DNA of 64,000 bases from Patescibacteria group bacterium (GTDB lineage: Bacteria > Patescibacteriota > Doudnabacteria > UBA920 > VMFF01), in contig JBBTQQ010000007.1 of the NCBI GenBank assembly GCA_038065615.1, forward strand, positions 12,473 to 76,472, given 5' to 3'. Every line of letters starts with the position of its first letter. Position 1 is the stretch's first letter. The notes beneath the pieces were generated by a model. It saw only the letters and a list, made by a program, of their open reading frames with translations. It ran no database searches and was not told the origin of the DNA. Shown in pieces: positions 47,605 through 56,282 of the stretch. A program made the translations under genes and the position numbers.

Positions 47605-49920
47605 ATGGTCAAGAAACAACAAAAATTTAATACAAGTAAGTCTACAGTTTTTTGTAGCTTAGATATTGAAACCTCTGGGTTTGATCCTTCAGAGAGTGAA
47701 GTTTTAGAATTGGGCATGGTTTTTTTCGAGATTGAAAACAAGAGTATAAAAATACTGAGTGAGTGGCAATCTGTTTTCAAACCAATAAAAGAAGTTCCAC
47801 CAAGAATTCTCGCGCTAACAGGGATTAGTCAAGAAGAATTAGATGAAGCAGAATTTTTCAGAGACAAATACGATCAGATTCAAAGTCTTGTTAAAGATTG
47901 TGTCATAGTAGGACACAATATTAGTTTTGATATTAAATTCTTAGAGGGATTTGGTATTAAGTTTTCCGGAAAACAAATCGATACTCTTGATCTAGCTCAG
48001 ATGTTTTTGCCAAACAATCAATCATACAACCTTGAGGCATTAATGAATTTCTTAGAGGTTGATCACAAAGATGCCCACAGAGCACTGGCTGATGCAAAAG
48101 CAGTATTGGTTGTCATTGAAAGACTCTTGCAATATTTTGCAACTTTCTCTGAGAAACTTAAAAAAGAACTAAGAGATTTCTTTCCTTCTAAAAAGTTTCC
48201 TGAGTTTTCTAAATTTTTAGAAACCGATTTTAAACCAAGAGAGATAAAGGTTAGAGAAAGAAACTTAGAGATACGCGAAAGCAAAGAAATAACTAAAGCT
48301 TTAGAAGACGACCAAAAGATAGTGACCTTCCCTTTAGGATTTGAATATCAGTCATATATTTACGGTGCTTTAAAGAAAACAAAAGAAAAAATTCTTCTAG
48401 TCGTAGAGAACAAAAATATTGTGTATCAGCTTTGGAAACAAGGAGTTGCGTATCCTCTTTTTGCAAACAGAGACATTTTAAACAAGAGTGCTTTTGAAAA
48501 GTCCTTTAAGTCTAAAATGCCACTAGATCAGCGTTTTTTCTTAGCAAAAATGATGGTTTGGAAAGAAGCTAATTGGCAATCAGAATCACTTGTAGACCTT
48601 AATTTTTCATACACAGGCAATCAATTTAGAAGCCTGATATCTTATTCTGATGAGGAAGAATTAAAGTGGAGAATAGACGAAAAATCAAAGGTTATCGCAG
48701 TTGATTACACTGACTTTATTAATCTGAAAGATACTTCTAAGTTTTCAAAAAGAAAGTTAGTTATTCTTGATCTAAATGCTTTTGAACAGGCATTAACATT
48801 TGTTACAAGCAAAAAAGTCTCCTGGAATGATTTTCTATATTCATTCAAACAAATTTATGATCCCGAAACACAAAGAGGGAACAATCAATATGAAGATTTA
48901 GTTCGTGAATCTTTGGCAGAGGTTGATTTGTTCTTTGGTCTTGCTTCAATGAACTGGAAAAAAATAGATAGTGAGTCATATCAGTTTTTGGTTAATGAAA
49001 AAACAGAGGCTAATACTAACTACGAAGCAATCCAAATAGCGGCACAAAACTTCATAGCAAAGATTAAAAAGATAAACAAAACATTTAAGTCAGATCGTAT
49101 TGATCGTAATTTAGAATACTTGGAGAATTTTTTTGAAAGTGATCCAACGCAGATCCGTTGGATAGAGATTGGAGACAAAAGATTGGTTTTTTCTCTTGCA
49201 CCACTAAGTCTTGAAACAATCGCAACCGAGTTATTCAGTAATTACAAAAAAATACTATTTACAGCATCTCTTGGTTCAGAGAAATTAGTTCAATATTTTG
49301 AACATCGTTTGAATTTAAAAAACTTTGATTTAAAAAAAGTTGGACAGCAAGAATTAAGAAAAAGATTTGAAGTAATAATTTCAGCACAGAACTCTACTCC
49401 ACAAATTGACAGCGAGGGTTTAATGCGATTGTTGGAGAAATTAAACTATCCGGCTGCTTTGTTAATGCCAAGCTCTTCTGCATTAAGAACATTCTACGAA
49501 GCAAATTTCAAAAAACTTCAGGAAAAATACAAGGTTGCTGCTCAAAGTTACTCTGGTGGTTCAAACAAACTTCTAGAAAACTTTAGTATTCATTCAAATG
49601 GACTGTTAATAGCCACAGACAACTTCATTCTCAAGCAGAGTGCAAAGAGAATTAAGGTTAGAGACGTAGTTATGACCAGACTTCCTTTTGAACAGTTTAA
49701 GCACCCGCTTTTTGCAGCCCAAGCAGAAAAATACCCAAACCAATTCATCGATTTTAACATTCCAAGAGCATTACATAACTTCCACAGCATAATTCGTTTC
49801 TTTTTCAGCTCTGATCTTGAGAGGATATACATCTTAGATCAGAAAATACACAAGGATTATGGTAAATACTTCATTGAGTACTTAAAATCACTGCCTTTTG
49901 TAGATATCAAGTATGAATAG
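47605..49920 (+). CDS. DinG-family protein: N-terminal DEDD 3'-5' exonuclease fused to a helicase-like domain without a recognisable Walker A
   Basis: Exo motifs (FCSLDIETSGFD; VGHNISFDIKFL; HRALADA). C-terminal DinG-like block GLLIATDNF...VVMTRLPFEQFKHPLFAAQ. No GxGKT/S motif was found by eye. Confidence 0.6.
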   Translation: MVKKQQKFNTSKSTVFCSLDIETSGFDPSESEVLELGMVFFEIENKSIKILSEWQSVFKPIKEVPPRILALTGISQEELDEAEFFRDKYDQIQSLVKDCVIVGHNISFDIKFLEGFGIKFSGKQIDTLDLAQMFLPNNQSYNLEALMNFLEVDHKDAHRALADAKAVLVVIERLLQYFATFSEKLKKELRDFFPSKKFPEFSKFLETDFKPREIKVRERNLEIRESKEITKALEDDQKIVTFPLGFEYQSYIYGALKKTKEKILLVVENKNIVYQLWKQGVAYPLFANRDILNKSAFEKSFKSKMPLDQRFFLAKMMVWKEANWQSESLVDLNFSYTGNQFRSLISYSDEEELKWRIDEKSKVIAVDYTDFINLKDTSKFSKRKLVILDLNAFEQALTFVTSKKVSWNDFLYSFKQIYDPETQRGNNQYEDLVRESLAEVDLFFGLASMNWKKIDSESYQFLVNEKTEANTNYEAIQIAAQNFIAKIKKINKTFKSDRIDRNLEYLENFFESDPTQIRWIEIGDKRLVFSLAPLSLETIATELFSNYKKILFTASLGSEKLVQYFEHRLNLKNFDLKKVGQQELRKRFEVIISAQNSTPQIDSEGLMRLLEKLNYPAALLMPSSSALRTFYEANFKKLQEKYKVAAQSYSGGSNKLLENFSIHSNGLLIATDNFILKQSAKRIKVRDVVMTRLPFEQFKHPLFAAQAEKYPNQFIDFNIPRALHNFHSIIRFFFSSDLERIYILDQKIHKDYGKYFIEYLKSLPFVDIKYE

Positions 49921-50559
49921 GTGTGTATAACACAGGATATTAACAAGATATTTACACCCTTTTTGGCTCTTTTTTCTTCATTTGTTGGCTTTAGTTAGCC
50001 AAAATAGCACCAGAGAATTGACATTGGGTCAATTTCTGTGGTAATATATATGCGTAACGTTTTCCACAGCACCTTAACAAATACAAACTACAGACAGGGA
50101 CTTGTTCCTAAGCAATTTGGGGCCAATTCTCTTGTTACTTCTCGTCATAGCCTATTTAAGTCGTAGGCTGATTGAAAACAAAAACAAAATGAAGAGGTTT
50201 TTCCTTACCTTAAAAGGACAAAAATATAAAACACATACAAACAAAAAGTTTCGTTTAGGTCTACGGACCACAAGAGAAGTACAAGGTCTATAGTTTGTAA
50301 CTCGACTTAGTTACAGGCGTTAAAGTTGGTTTCTATGCATGTATTTCCTCCTGCATTAGGTTTAGGGCTTAAAAGGTTTAAGCCCTGCATCTAATGTGGG
50401 GAGAAGTCGCCGAAATCGACTATAAAGGCCCTCGGGGCTTAAAATTTATTTTATGAGCTCGCCGCAGGGCCTTTTTGCATTTTTAAGTGGATTTATCTAG
50501 AGCTTGTCAGGCTCTTTTTTTAATATATAATAACTATGTAATTAAACGTTACGAAAAAA

Positions 50560-50868
50560 ATGCCCTCCAAAGAATTTGTGGAAAAAATGAAAGAAAGATT
50601 GTTAGAGGAAAAAGAACGTCTTTCAGAAGAATTAAGCGAACTATCATCACATACTGAGATGGGTGATGAAGATGATGAGAATGCTCAAGAAGTTGGTAAT
50701 GATGAGGTTAGTCAAGATATTGCCGCAACCCTAAAAGCAGATCTTGGAAAGATTGAGTCAGCTTTAAAGAGAATCGAAGATGGAAGTTATGGTATGACTG
50801 CTGAAGGACAGGAAATTCCAGAAGCAAGATTAGAAGTTTTGCCTTGGGCAGATTCAATAGTTGAATAA
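50560..50868 (+). CDS. DksA/TraR-like coiled-coil protein (no Zn finger)
   Basis: 102 aa acidic coiled-coil with a DksA-like layout. Cys residues are absent. This is a low-specificity call. Confidence 0.4.
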   Translation: MPSKEFVEKMKERLLEEKERLSEELSELSSHTEMGDEDDENAQEVGNDEVSQDIAATLKADLGKIESALKRIEDGSYGMTAEGQEIPEARLEVLPWADSIVE

Positions 50869-51286
50869 CAAAATGAAAAACATTAAGGAAAAGATAGCAT
50901 ACTCCTTACTGTTTTTTTTATTCTTTTTTCTTGATCAAACAACAAAGCACTTTGTTTTTAAAAAGCATAGTGCTTTAATATTTGAAAACGAAAACTTTGT
51001 TTTTAGTTTAAAAGTTCCGACTCCTTTGATGTATTTAACATACATCATTCTTTTAGGACTGCTTTTAAACTGGTTTTCAAAAAAACAAAACAAAAATACT
51101 CTAGACAAACTTGGTTTTGTCTTAATCTTTTCAGGAGCTGTTTCAAATATTTCAGAACGTTTGTTTAATGGTTTTGTGATTGATTTCGTTCACATATATA
51201 ATGGGGTTTTTAATGTTGCAGATTTTTTTATAATTTTAGGAATTATTCTCTTGTTCTTCTCAAAAGACGAGTTAATGAAAAATTAA
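50861..51286 (+). CDS. lspA: Lipoprotein signal peptidase (signal peptidase II)
   Basis: Four TM helices with SGAVSNISERL and FNVADFFI motifs. Confidence 0.75.
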   Translation: MNNKMKNIKEKIAYSLLFFLFFFLDQTTKHFVFKKHSALIFENENFVFSLKVPTPLMYLTYIILLGLLLNWFSKKQNKNTLDKLGFVLIFSGAVSNISERLFNGFVIDFVHIYNGVFNVADFFIILGIILLFFSKDELMKN

Positions 51287-51568
51287 CGAATATTTAATCT
51301 TTTTTGCGTATAGTATATGACAGCAAAATCATTAACTATTCTTTCCGTGAAGCGAAAACGCATCTTCGGGATTAGAGAGGTCTCTTTCTTGCAGACGCTT
51401 CAAAAAAGAAATCAAAGAGCGGATCAGAGCATGTCTCCGCACCCTCCGCTTTACAGAATCCGTTTCAACGGATTTCCTCGGATTAAAGTTAATGATTTTG
51501 CTGTTTTCTTTTAGAGTTAAACATCAGAATATGCTAGAATTGTTTTGTAAGTAACCTTTAGAAACAAA

Positions 51569-52885
51569 ATGGACAAAACAAAGATATATTGGGCTGTTGG
51601 AGGAGTAGGAGCTATATTACTTGTAATCTTCCTTGGCTGGTTCTTCTTTTTTAGGGGTTCAAGCTCACCAAGCGGCGGAAATACTAGTCAGAAACTGATC
51701 TTAAACATTTGGGGAGTCTTTGAAACATCAGAAGGAATGAACACTTTCATTACTGAATTCAACAAGAATAACCCTAATGTTGAAGTTACGTATTCTCAGC
51801 GCAATGTTGATACTTACGAAGACGATTTAATCAACGCCTTAGCTATCAACCAAGGTCCTGATATTTTTGTAATACATAATGACTGGTTACCTAAATACCA
51901 GAACAAACTTTTACCAGCCCCGGATAATCTAGTTTCATTAAGAGATTACAAGAATAATTTTGTTGACACAGTGTATTCTGATTTTGTTTCTGAAAACAAA
52001 ATCTGGGCAGCTCCAATTGCAATAGACAGTTTAGCTTTGTATTACAACAAAGATATTCTAGGAAGCGCGAGCATCGCGGTTCCTGCGACAACATGGCAAG
52101 AGCTAAAGAACCAAAGTCAGAGAATAACAAACAGAGGAGCAGGATCATTCTTTAACAGATCAGGTGTTGCTCTTGGTACAAACGCAAATATTAATCGCAC
52201 TGTTGATATTTTATACTTGTTAATGTTACAAGACAGAGTTGAACCATACAGCAGTGATTTTTCACAACCAACATTTGATCAAGCAATAACTCAAAAAGAT
52301 GGAAGCTCGTTCTTCCCAGCCGCTGATGCTTTAAATTTCTACACTAGCTTTTCAAATCCAACATCTGATAACTATACATGGAATAGCCGTTCAAACTATT
52401 CAATTGATGCTTTTGCAAATGGCGAGCTCGGATATATGTATGGGTATTACTATGCTCGTGATTTAATTGCGCAGAAAGCTCCAAATTTAAATTATGATAT
52501 TACGCCAGTACCACAGCCTGATAACATCCAGACTCTTGTTAACTTCGCAAACTACTGGGGCTTTGCAGTTTCAAAGCAAACAAAAAATCCAAACACTGCT
52601 TGGAACTTTATAAAAGCAATGACCAGCAAAAGCGCTCTTAAAAAATATTACGAGGTAAACAAAATGCCCTCACCAAGAAAAGACATCATAAACGAACAGA
52701 TTGGTGATCCTGAAATTGGTGTTTTTGCTTCAGCAAACCTAACTGCCAAATCTTTCTACAAAAAAGACCAAGTTAAGGCTGATGGCATCTTCCAAACAAT
52801 GATAGATGACATCATTTTAAGGGGAAGAACCATTGAAAATGCGATCTCAACAGCAGCGCAGAAGATATCAGGACTTGGACAATAG
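51569..52885 (+). CDS. Extracellular solute-binding protein (ABC family 1), membrane-anchored
   Basis: N-terminal TM anchor followed by an SBP_bac_1-like domain. No cognate permease or ATPase is in the window. Confidence 0.65.
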   Translation: MDKTKIYWAVGGVGAILLVIFLGWFFFFRGSSSPSGGNTSQKLILNIWGVFETSEGMNTFITEFNKNNPNVEVTYSQRNVDTYEDDLINALAINQGPDIFVIHNDWLPKYQNKLLPAPDNLVSLRDYKNNFVDTVYSDFVSENKIWAAPIAIDSLALYYNKDILGSASIAVPATTWQELKNQSQRITNRGAGSFFNRSGVALGTNANINRTVDILYLLMLQDRVEPYSSDFSQPTFDQAITQKDGSSFFPAADALNFYTSFSNPTSDNYTWNSRSNYSIDAFANGELGYMYGYYYARDLIAQKAPNLNYDITPVPQPDNIQTLVNFANYWGFAVSKQTKNPNTAWNFIKAMTSKSALKKYYEVNKMPSPRKDIINEQIGDPEIGVFASANLTAKSFYKKDQVKADGIFQTMIDDIILRGRTIENAISTAAQKISGLGQ

Positions 52886-52931
52886 CTAAAAAGATAGTTA
52901 TTTGTGATATAATAAAGGAAAGAGATCGCAA

Positions 52932-53459
52932 ATGAACTCAAAAACAAAAATCAAGATTTTCGCGATATTAATGGGTATAAACCTTTTTAGCGTTGCTTCA
53001 GTTTTTGCTGCTAATCCAAAAGGATCTGGTTTAACTGTTTGCGGTAATTCAACCACAGCACAGATTCAAACATATCAGGATTGGTTAATACAGCATCCCA
53101 AAAACGGTGTTGAGTACCAAGCCAAACAGGATCAGTGGTACATAGATGAACAGAAACAGCGTGATTTAGCAGGAATGTGTGCACCTAAAGATATATACAA
53201 ACAGATTGGTAGGATTATAAACTTCCTGGTTGGTATATCTACTGCATACTTGGTTTTCAAACTTGCTTTTGCCGGATATATTATGGCAGTGTTTAAAGGT
53301 AATGAAACAGCCTTAACAGAAGCGAAAACTCAGATCGGTCATAGCATTACTGGAATGGTTTTAATTTTTGGAGCATACTTAACAGTAATGACTTTCTTTG
53401 GAGACATTTTTGGTGTAAACATACGTTTGCCATTAGGGATAAACTTGTTTGAAAAATAA
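52932..53459 (+). CDS. Pilin-like secreted two-helix protein, paralog 1 (VirB2/TrbC-like architecture)
   Basis: Signal peptide and a Cys-containing ectodomain. C-terminus is TM-KGNETALTEAKTQ-TM. Confidence 0.55.
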   Translation: MNSKTKIKIFAILMGINLFSVASVFAANPKGSGLTVCGNSTTAQIQTYQDWLIQHPKNGVEYQAKQDQWYIDEQKQRDLAGMCAPKDIYKQIGRIINFLVGISTAYLVFKLAFAGYIMAVFKGNETALTEAKTQIGHSITGMVLIFGAYLTVMTFFGDIFGVNIRLPLGINLFEK

Positions 53460-54237
53460 TATGATAAAAAACAAACTCGTTAAATTTTTAGCATCTATTG
53501 TATTAGCGTTCTCAGTTTTGTTAATGCCGATGCTTATTTTTGCAGCGCAGCCAAAAGTAGATTTTTCTACTGTGTTTTTTGATGGCACTCAACAAAAACC
53601 ATTAGTGGATGTGACTCCAGTAGTTGGTGATAGGATAATTTTTCATATAGCAATAAATAGCAATCCAGTATATTCATACTCAAATGTAAAAATTAAGATT
53701 AATGTAGACAAAACATATCTTGCGTTATCAAATACCTCTTTCGGAACAGGGTATACAGTTGGAGAAGTAAAAGCTAAAAGCACCCAAAGGCTTTTTGATC
53801 CAGAAGCAACTTTAATGAAGTTGGGCGATTTTAAAGTAACAGTAACAGTAACTGCAGACAATAGCGAAATAAATGCCCAAGAATATAATTTGAATTTCTC
53901 TGGTTCTTCTCGGCCAACTCAGCCTCTTAGGAGCAATGATGGAGGCTCATGTGTTATAGACGGATTTAATACATCAGATACTAAACTCTGCAACCCACTA
54001 CCTGACAAGAATCTAGGAGAGTTAGTATATAGGTTAATCAATTATATTTTGATAGGGATCTCATCAATGGCTATTGTTACGGTTGTTATAGCCGCGTTTA
54101 TAATCGTGAGTTCTCAAGGAAACGAAGAAGCCATTAAAGGGGCTAAAACATCCATTTCATGGGCTGTTGTGGGAATTGTTCTCGCTCTACTTGCGTATTC
54201 CATCGCATCAATTATTGAAAGTGCAGTAACAAGATAA
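53449..54237 (+). CDS. Pilin-like secreted two-helix protein, paralog 2
   Basis: Signal peptide and an ectodomain with Cys. C-terminus is TM-SSQGNEEAIKGAKTS-TM. Confidence 0.55.
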   Translation: MKNNMIKNKLVKFLASIVLAFSVLLMPMLIFAAQPKVDFSTVFFDGTQQKPLVDVTPVVGDRIIFHIAINSNPVYSYSNVKIKINVDKTYLALSNTSFGTGYTVGEVKAKSTQRLFDPEATLMKLGDFKVTVTVTADNSEINAQEYNLNFSGSSRPTQPLRSNDGGSCVIDGFNTSDTKLCNPLPDKNLGELVYRLINYILIGISSMAIVTVVIAAFIIVSSQGNEEAIKGAKTSISWAVVGIVLALLAYSIASIIESAVTR

Positions 54238-54239
54238 CT

Positions 54240-55097
54240 ATGAAAAAACTTTTTTCAATCATATTCTTCATCGCGATAGCAACAATGCCAATAATAGCTT
54301 TAGCATCTTTTGATCCACAATGTCCTGGAACAGAAAAGTCTTTGGGATTACTCGCCCCTCTTTTCCATACGAAAATTTGTAGCCTTAATGAACTGGCTTT
54401 ATTTGCAGTTAATTTTCTTTTAAGTATTATCGCTGTCATCTCAGTCCTCTTTGTTGTTATAGGAGGCTTTAGGTATGTTACTTCAAATGGAAATGAAGAA
54501 GCAGCCTCAAAAGGTAGAGCAACAATTACTAACGCCATAATTGGTTTAGTAATAGCAATGCTTTCATATACAATCATCCGGGTTTCGGTTAACACGTTTT
54601 CTGATAGCTTTAATCCAGGGGCTTCAAGTAAAACACAAAGTCAGCCTCAATCCCAATCTCAAACAACAAATCCAAATAATGCTGTTCAAGCATCATACTC
54701 TAACCTAGTTTCAGGGATTAATTTATCAGCAAAAGCAAATGGGGAATTAATAGTTAATGCAAGCGGATCAGTCAAAGATATCCAAGCAACCTGTCCTGAT
54801 TTTGTTGGAGCAACAGTGAAAGGATCGGCAATTGTTACACATTCTGTATTGGATGCGCATAACACAAAGCTTTTTGATATGAAACCTCAAATCGTAGATG
54901 ATATGTCTATAAACGGTGATTCTTTTTCAGCTGTTTTAAACTGGGCCGCTGGTTTCTCAGAACCATTGATACGTAATGGTGAGACTGACTCCTCAGTAGT
55001 TTTACACCTAGAATATGATCCAGGAGCAGGTTGTTCAAAGATAGAGATGGATAAAACATATAATTCAAGGGAATTAATCGGTTCAGGTGGTATTTAA
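54240..55097 (+). CDS. Pilin-like secreted two-helix protein, paralog 3
   Basis: Signal peptide, DPQCPGTEKS..KICSL Cys pair, central VIGGFRYVTSNGNEEAASKGRATITNAIIGLVIAML hairpin. This paralog has a ~170-aa extension after the second helix. Confidence 0.6.
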   Translation: MKKLFSIIFFIAIATMPIIALASFDPQCPGTEKSLGLLAPLFHTKICSLNELALFAVNFLLSIIAVISVLFVVIGGFRYVTSNGNEEAASKGRATITNAIIGLVIAMLSYTIIRVSVNTFSDSFNPGASSKTQSQPQSQSQTTNPNNAVQASYSNLVSGINLSAKANGELIVNASGSVKDIQATCPDFVGATVKGSAIVTHSVLDAHNTKLFDMKPQIVDDMSINGDSFSAVLNWAAGFSEPLIRNGETDSSVVLHLEYDPGAGCSKIEMDKTYNSRELIGSGGI

Positions 55098-55152
55098 CAA
55101 GACTGTTTTCCTTTTACTAATAATTATTGTATAATTTAAGACATGGAAGGGG

Positions 55153-55575
55153 GTGAGAAATTTGAAACTAAGCAAAATTAATTTCCTAAAAGTTGGCGAG
55201 GTAATATTAGCTTTAACATTGGTACTAGCACCAGTAGCTTTTTCTGTAGCCGCTACAATATATCAGCCAGATTGTAGCTCATTAGGTGGTGTTCGTTGTG
55301 ATTCTACAAATACAGGAATTAACGACATAATCATAAAGGTATTGAATATCTTGTTGGGAGTAGCTTTCTTGGTTGCCGTATTATTCTTAGTTATTGGCGG
55401 TTTCCGATACATCACCTCAGCAGGTAATGAAGAAGTCGCAGGTAAAGGAAGAGCAACAATCATTAATGCTTTAATCGGTGTTGTGGTAATTATTCTTTCA
55501 TACGTAATAGTCCAGGTGGTAGCAAGAACAGTTACAACTACAGGAAATACTACAGGAACCCCAACTCCTACCTAG
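55153..55575 (+). CDS. Pilin-like secreted two-helix protein, paralog 4
   Basis: Signal peptide, YQPDCSSLGGVRCDST, then VIGGFRYITSAGNEEVAGKGRATIINALIGVVVIIL, with a Thr/Gly-rich tail. Confidence 0.6.
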   Translation: MRNLKLSKINFLKVGEVILALTLVLAPVAFSVAATIYQPDCSSLGGVRCDSTNTGINDIIIKVLNILLGVAFLVAVLFLVIGGFRYITSAGNEEVAGKGRATIINALIGVVVIILSYVIVQVVARTVTTTGNTTGTPTPT

Positions 55576-55614
55576 TTAATTTAGATTATTCTTTTAAGAG
55601 AGTGAGGTGAAAAA

Positions 55615-56082
55615 ATGAAAAAAAAGATTTTAACATTAGCTTTCGCATTAATCTTGGGTGGAACAAGTCTTTTTGCTTTTTCACCTCTGATTCCAGAAGT
55701 CTCTGCAGCAGCATCTGACCCAAGCATTTGTGGAATGACGGGCAAAGGTGTTTTGCAAGAAGGGACTATTTTAGTACCCGATCCTAAAACTGGATTATGT
55801 ATTCCAATGAAAGCTGGGGATGTAAACAGACCTGACACTGTAAACACTTTGTTGATCAGGATCATAAACATAATCTTGTCAGTATCAGCAAGCTTCGCGA
55901 TCTTGTTCATTGTCATTGGTGGCTTTAGATACATTACTTCAGCAGGTAACGAAGAAGTAGCCGGCAAGGGCAGGCAAACATTGGTTAATGCAATTATAGG
56001 TTTAGTTATTGTAATCTTGGCGTATACGATCGTTCGTATTGCTGTTAATACCACAAGTAGTGGCGGATTCTTTGGCTTTTAA
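55615..56082 (+). CDS. Pilin-like secreted two-helix protein, paralog 5
   Basis: Signal peptide, DPSICGMTGKG..LCIPM, then VIGGFRYITSAGNEEVAGKGRQTLVNAIIGLVIVIL. Confidence 0.6.
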   Translation: MKKKILTLAFALILGGTSLFAFSPLIPEVSAAASDPSICGMTGKGVLQEGTILVPDPKTGLCIPMKAGDVNRPDTVNTLLIRIINIILSVSASFAILFIVIGGFRYITSAGNEEVAGKGRQTLVNAIIGLVIVILAYTIVRIAVNTTSSGGFFGF

Positions 56083-56092
56083 TGACCTAGTA

Positions 56093-56119
56093 AAAAAGCC
56101 CCTAAACAGGGGCTTTTTT
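56093..56119 (+). terminator. Rho-independent terminator after the pilin-like array
   Basis: AAAAAGCCCCTAAACAGGGGCTTTTTT. Confidence 0.75.
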
Positions 56120-56162
56120 AATTCCTCAACAAATGTTAATATTCATTAAGCTAAACACTTAA

Positions 56163-56249
56163 GCCGACGTGGCGGAATTGGCATACGCGCATGCCTTAGG
56201 AGCATGTTCCTTAACGGGAGTGAGAGTTCAAGTCTCTCCGTCGGCACCA
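56163..56249 (+). tRNA. tRNA-Leu (anticodon UAG)
   Basis: GCCGACG acceptor, anticodon loop CTTAGGA and a long variable arm. CCA is encoded. Confidence 0.7.
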
Positions 56250-56282
56250 AGAATAACAGATAAAATATATAAAAGAAGAAAT

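Noticed and set aside
50102-50293. 63-aa TTG-start ORF as a confident gene
   Set aside because: It has no ATG and no RBS. It is retained only as a possibility within the intergenic-interval finding.
49921-50560. tmRNA, RNase P RNA, SRP RNA or 6S RNA assignment for the large intergenic region
   Set aside because: I could not find the tRNA-like 5'/3' ends with GGTTCGANTCC plus CCA (tmRNA), the P4 GGAAAGTCCGGGC and ACAGAA-CCGGCTTA strands (RNase P), or the SRP domain-IV GGAAGCAGCC-type motif.
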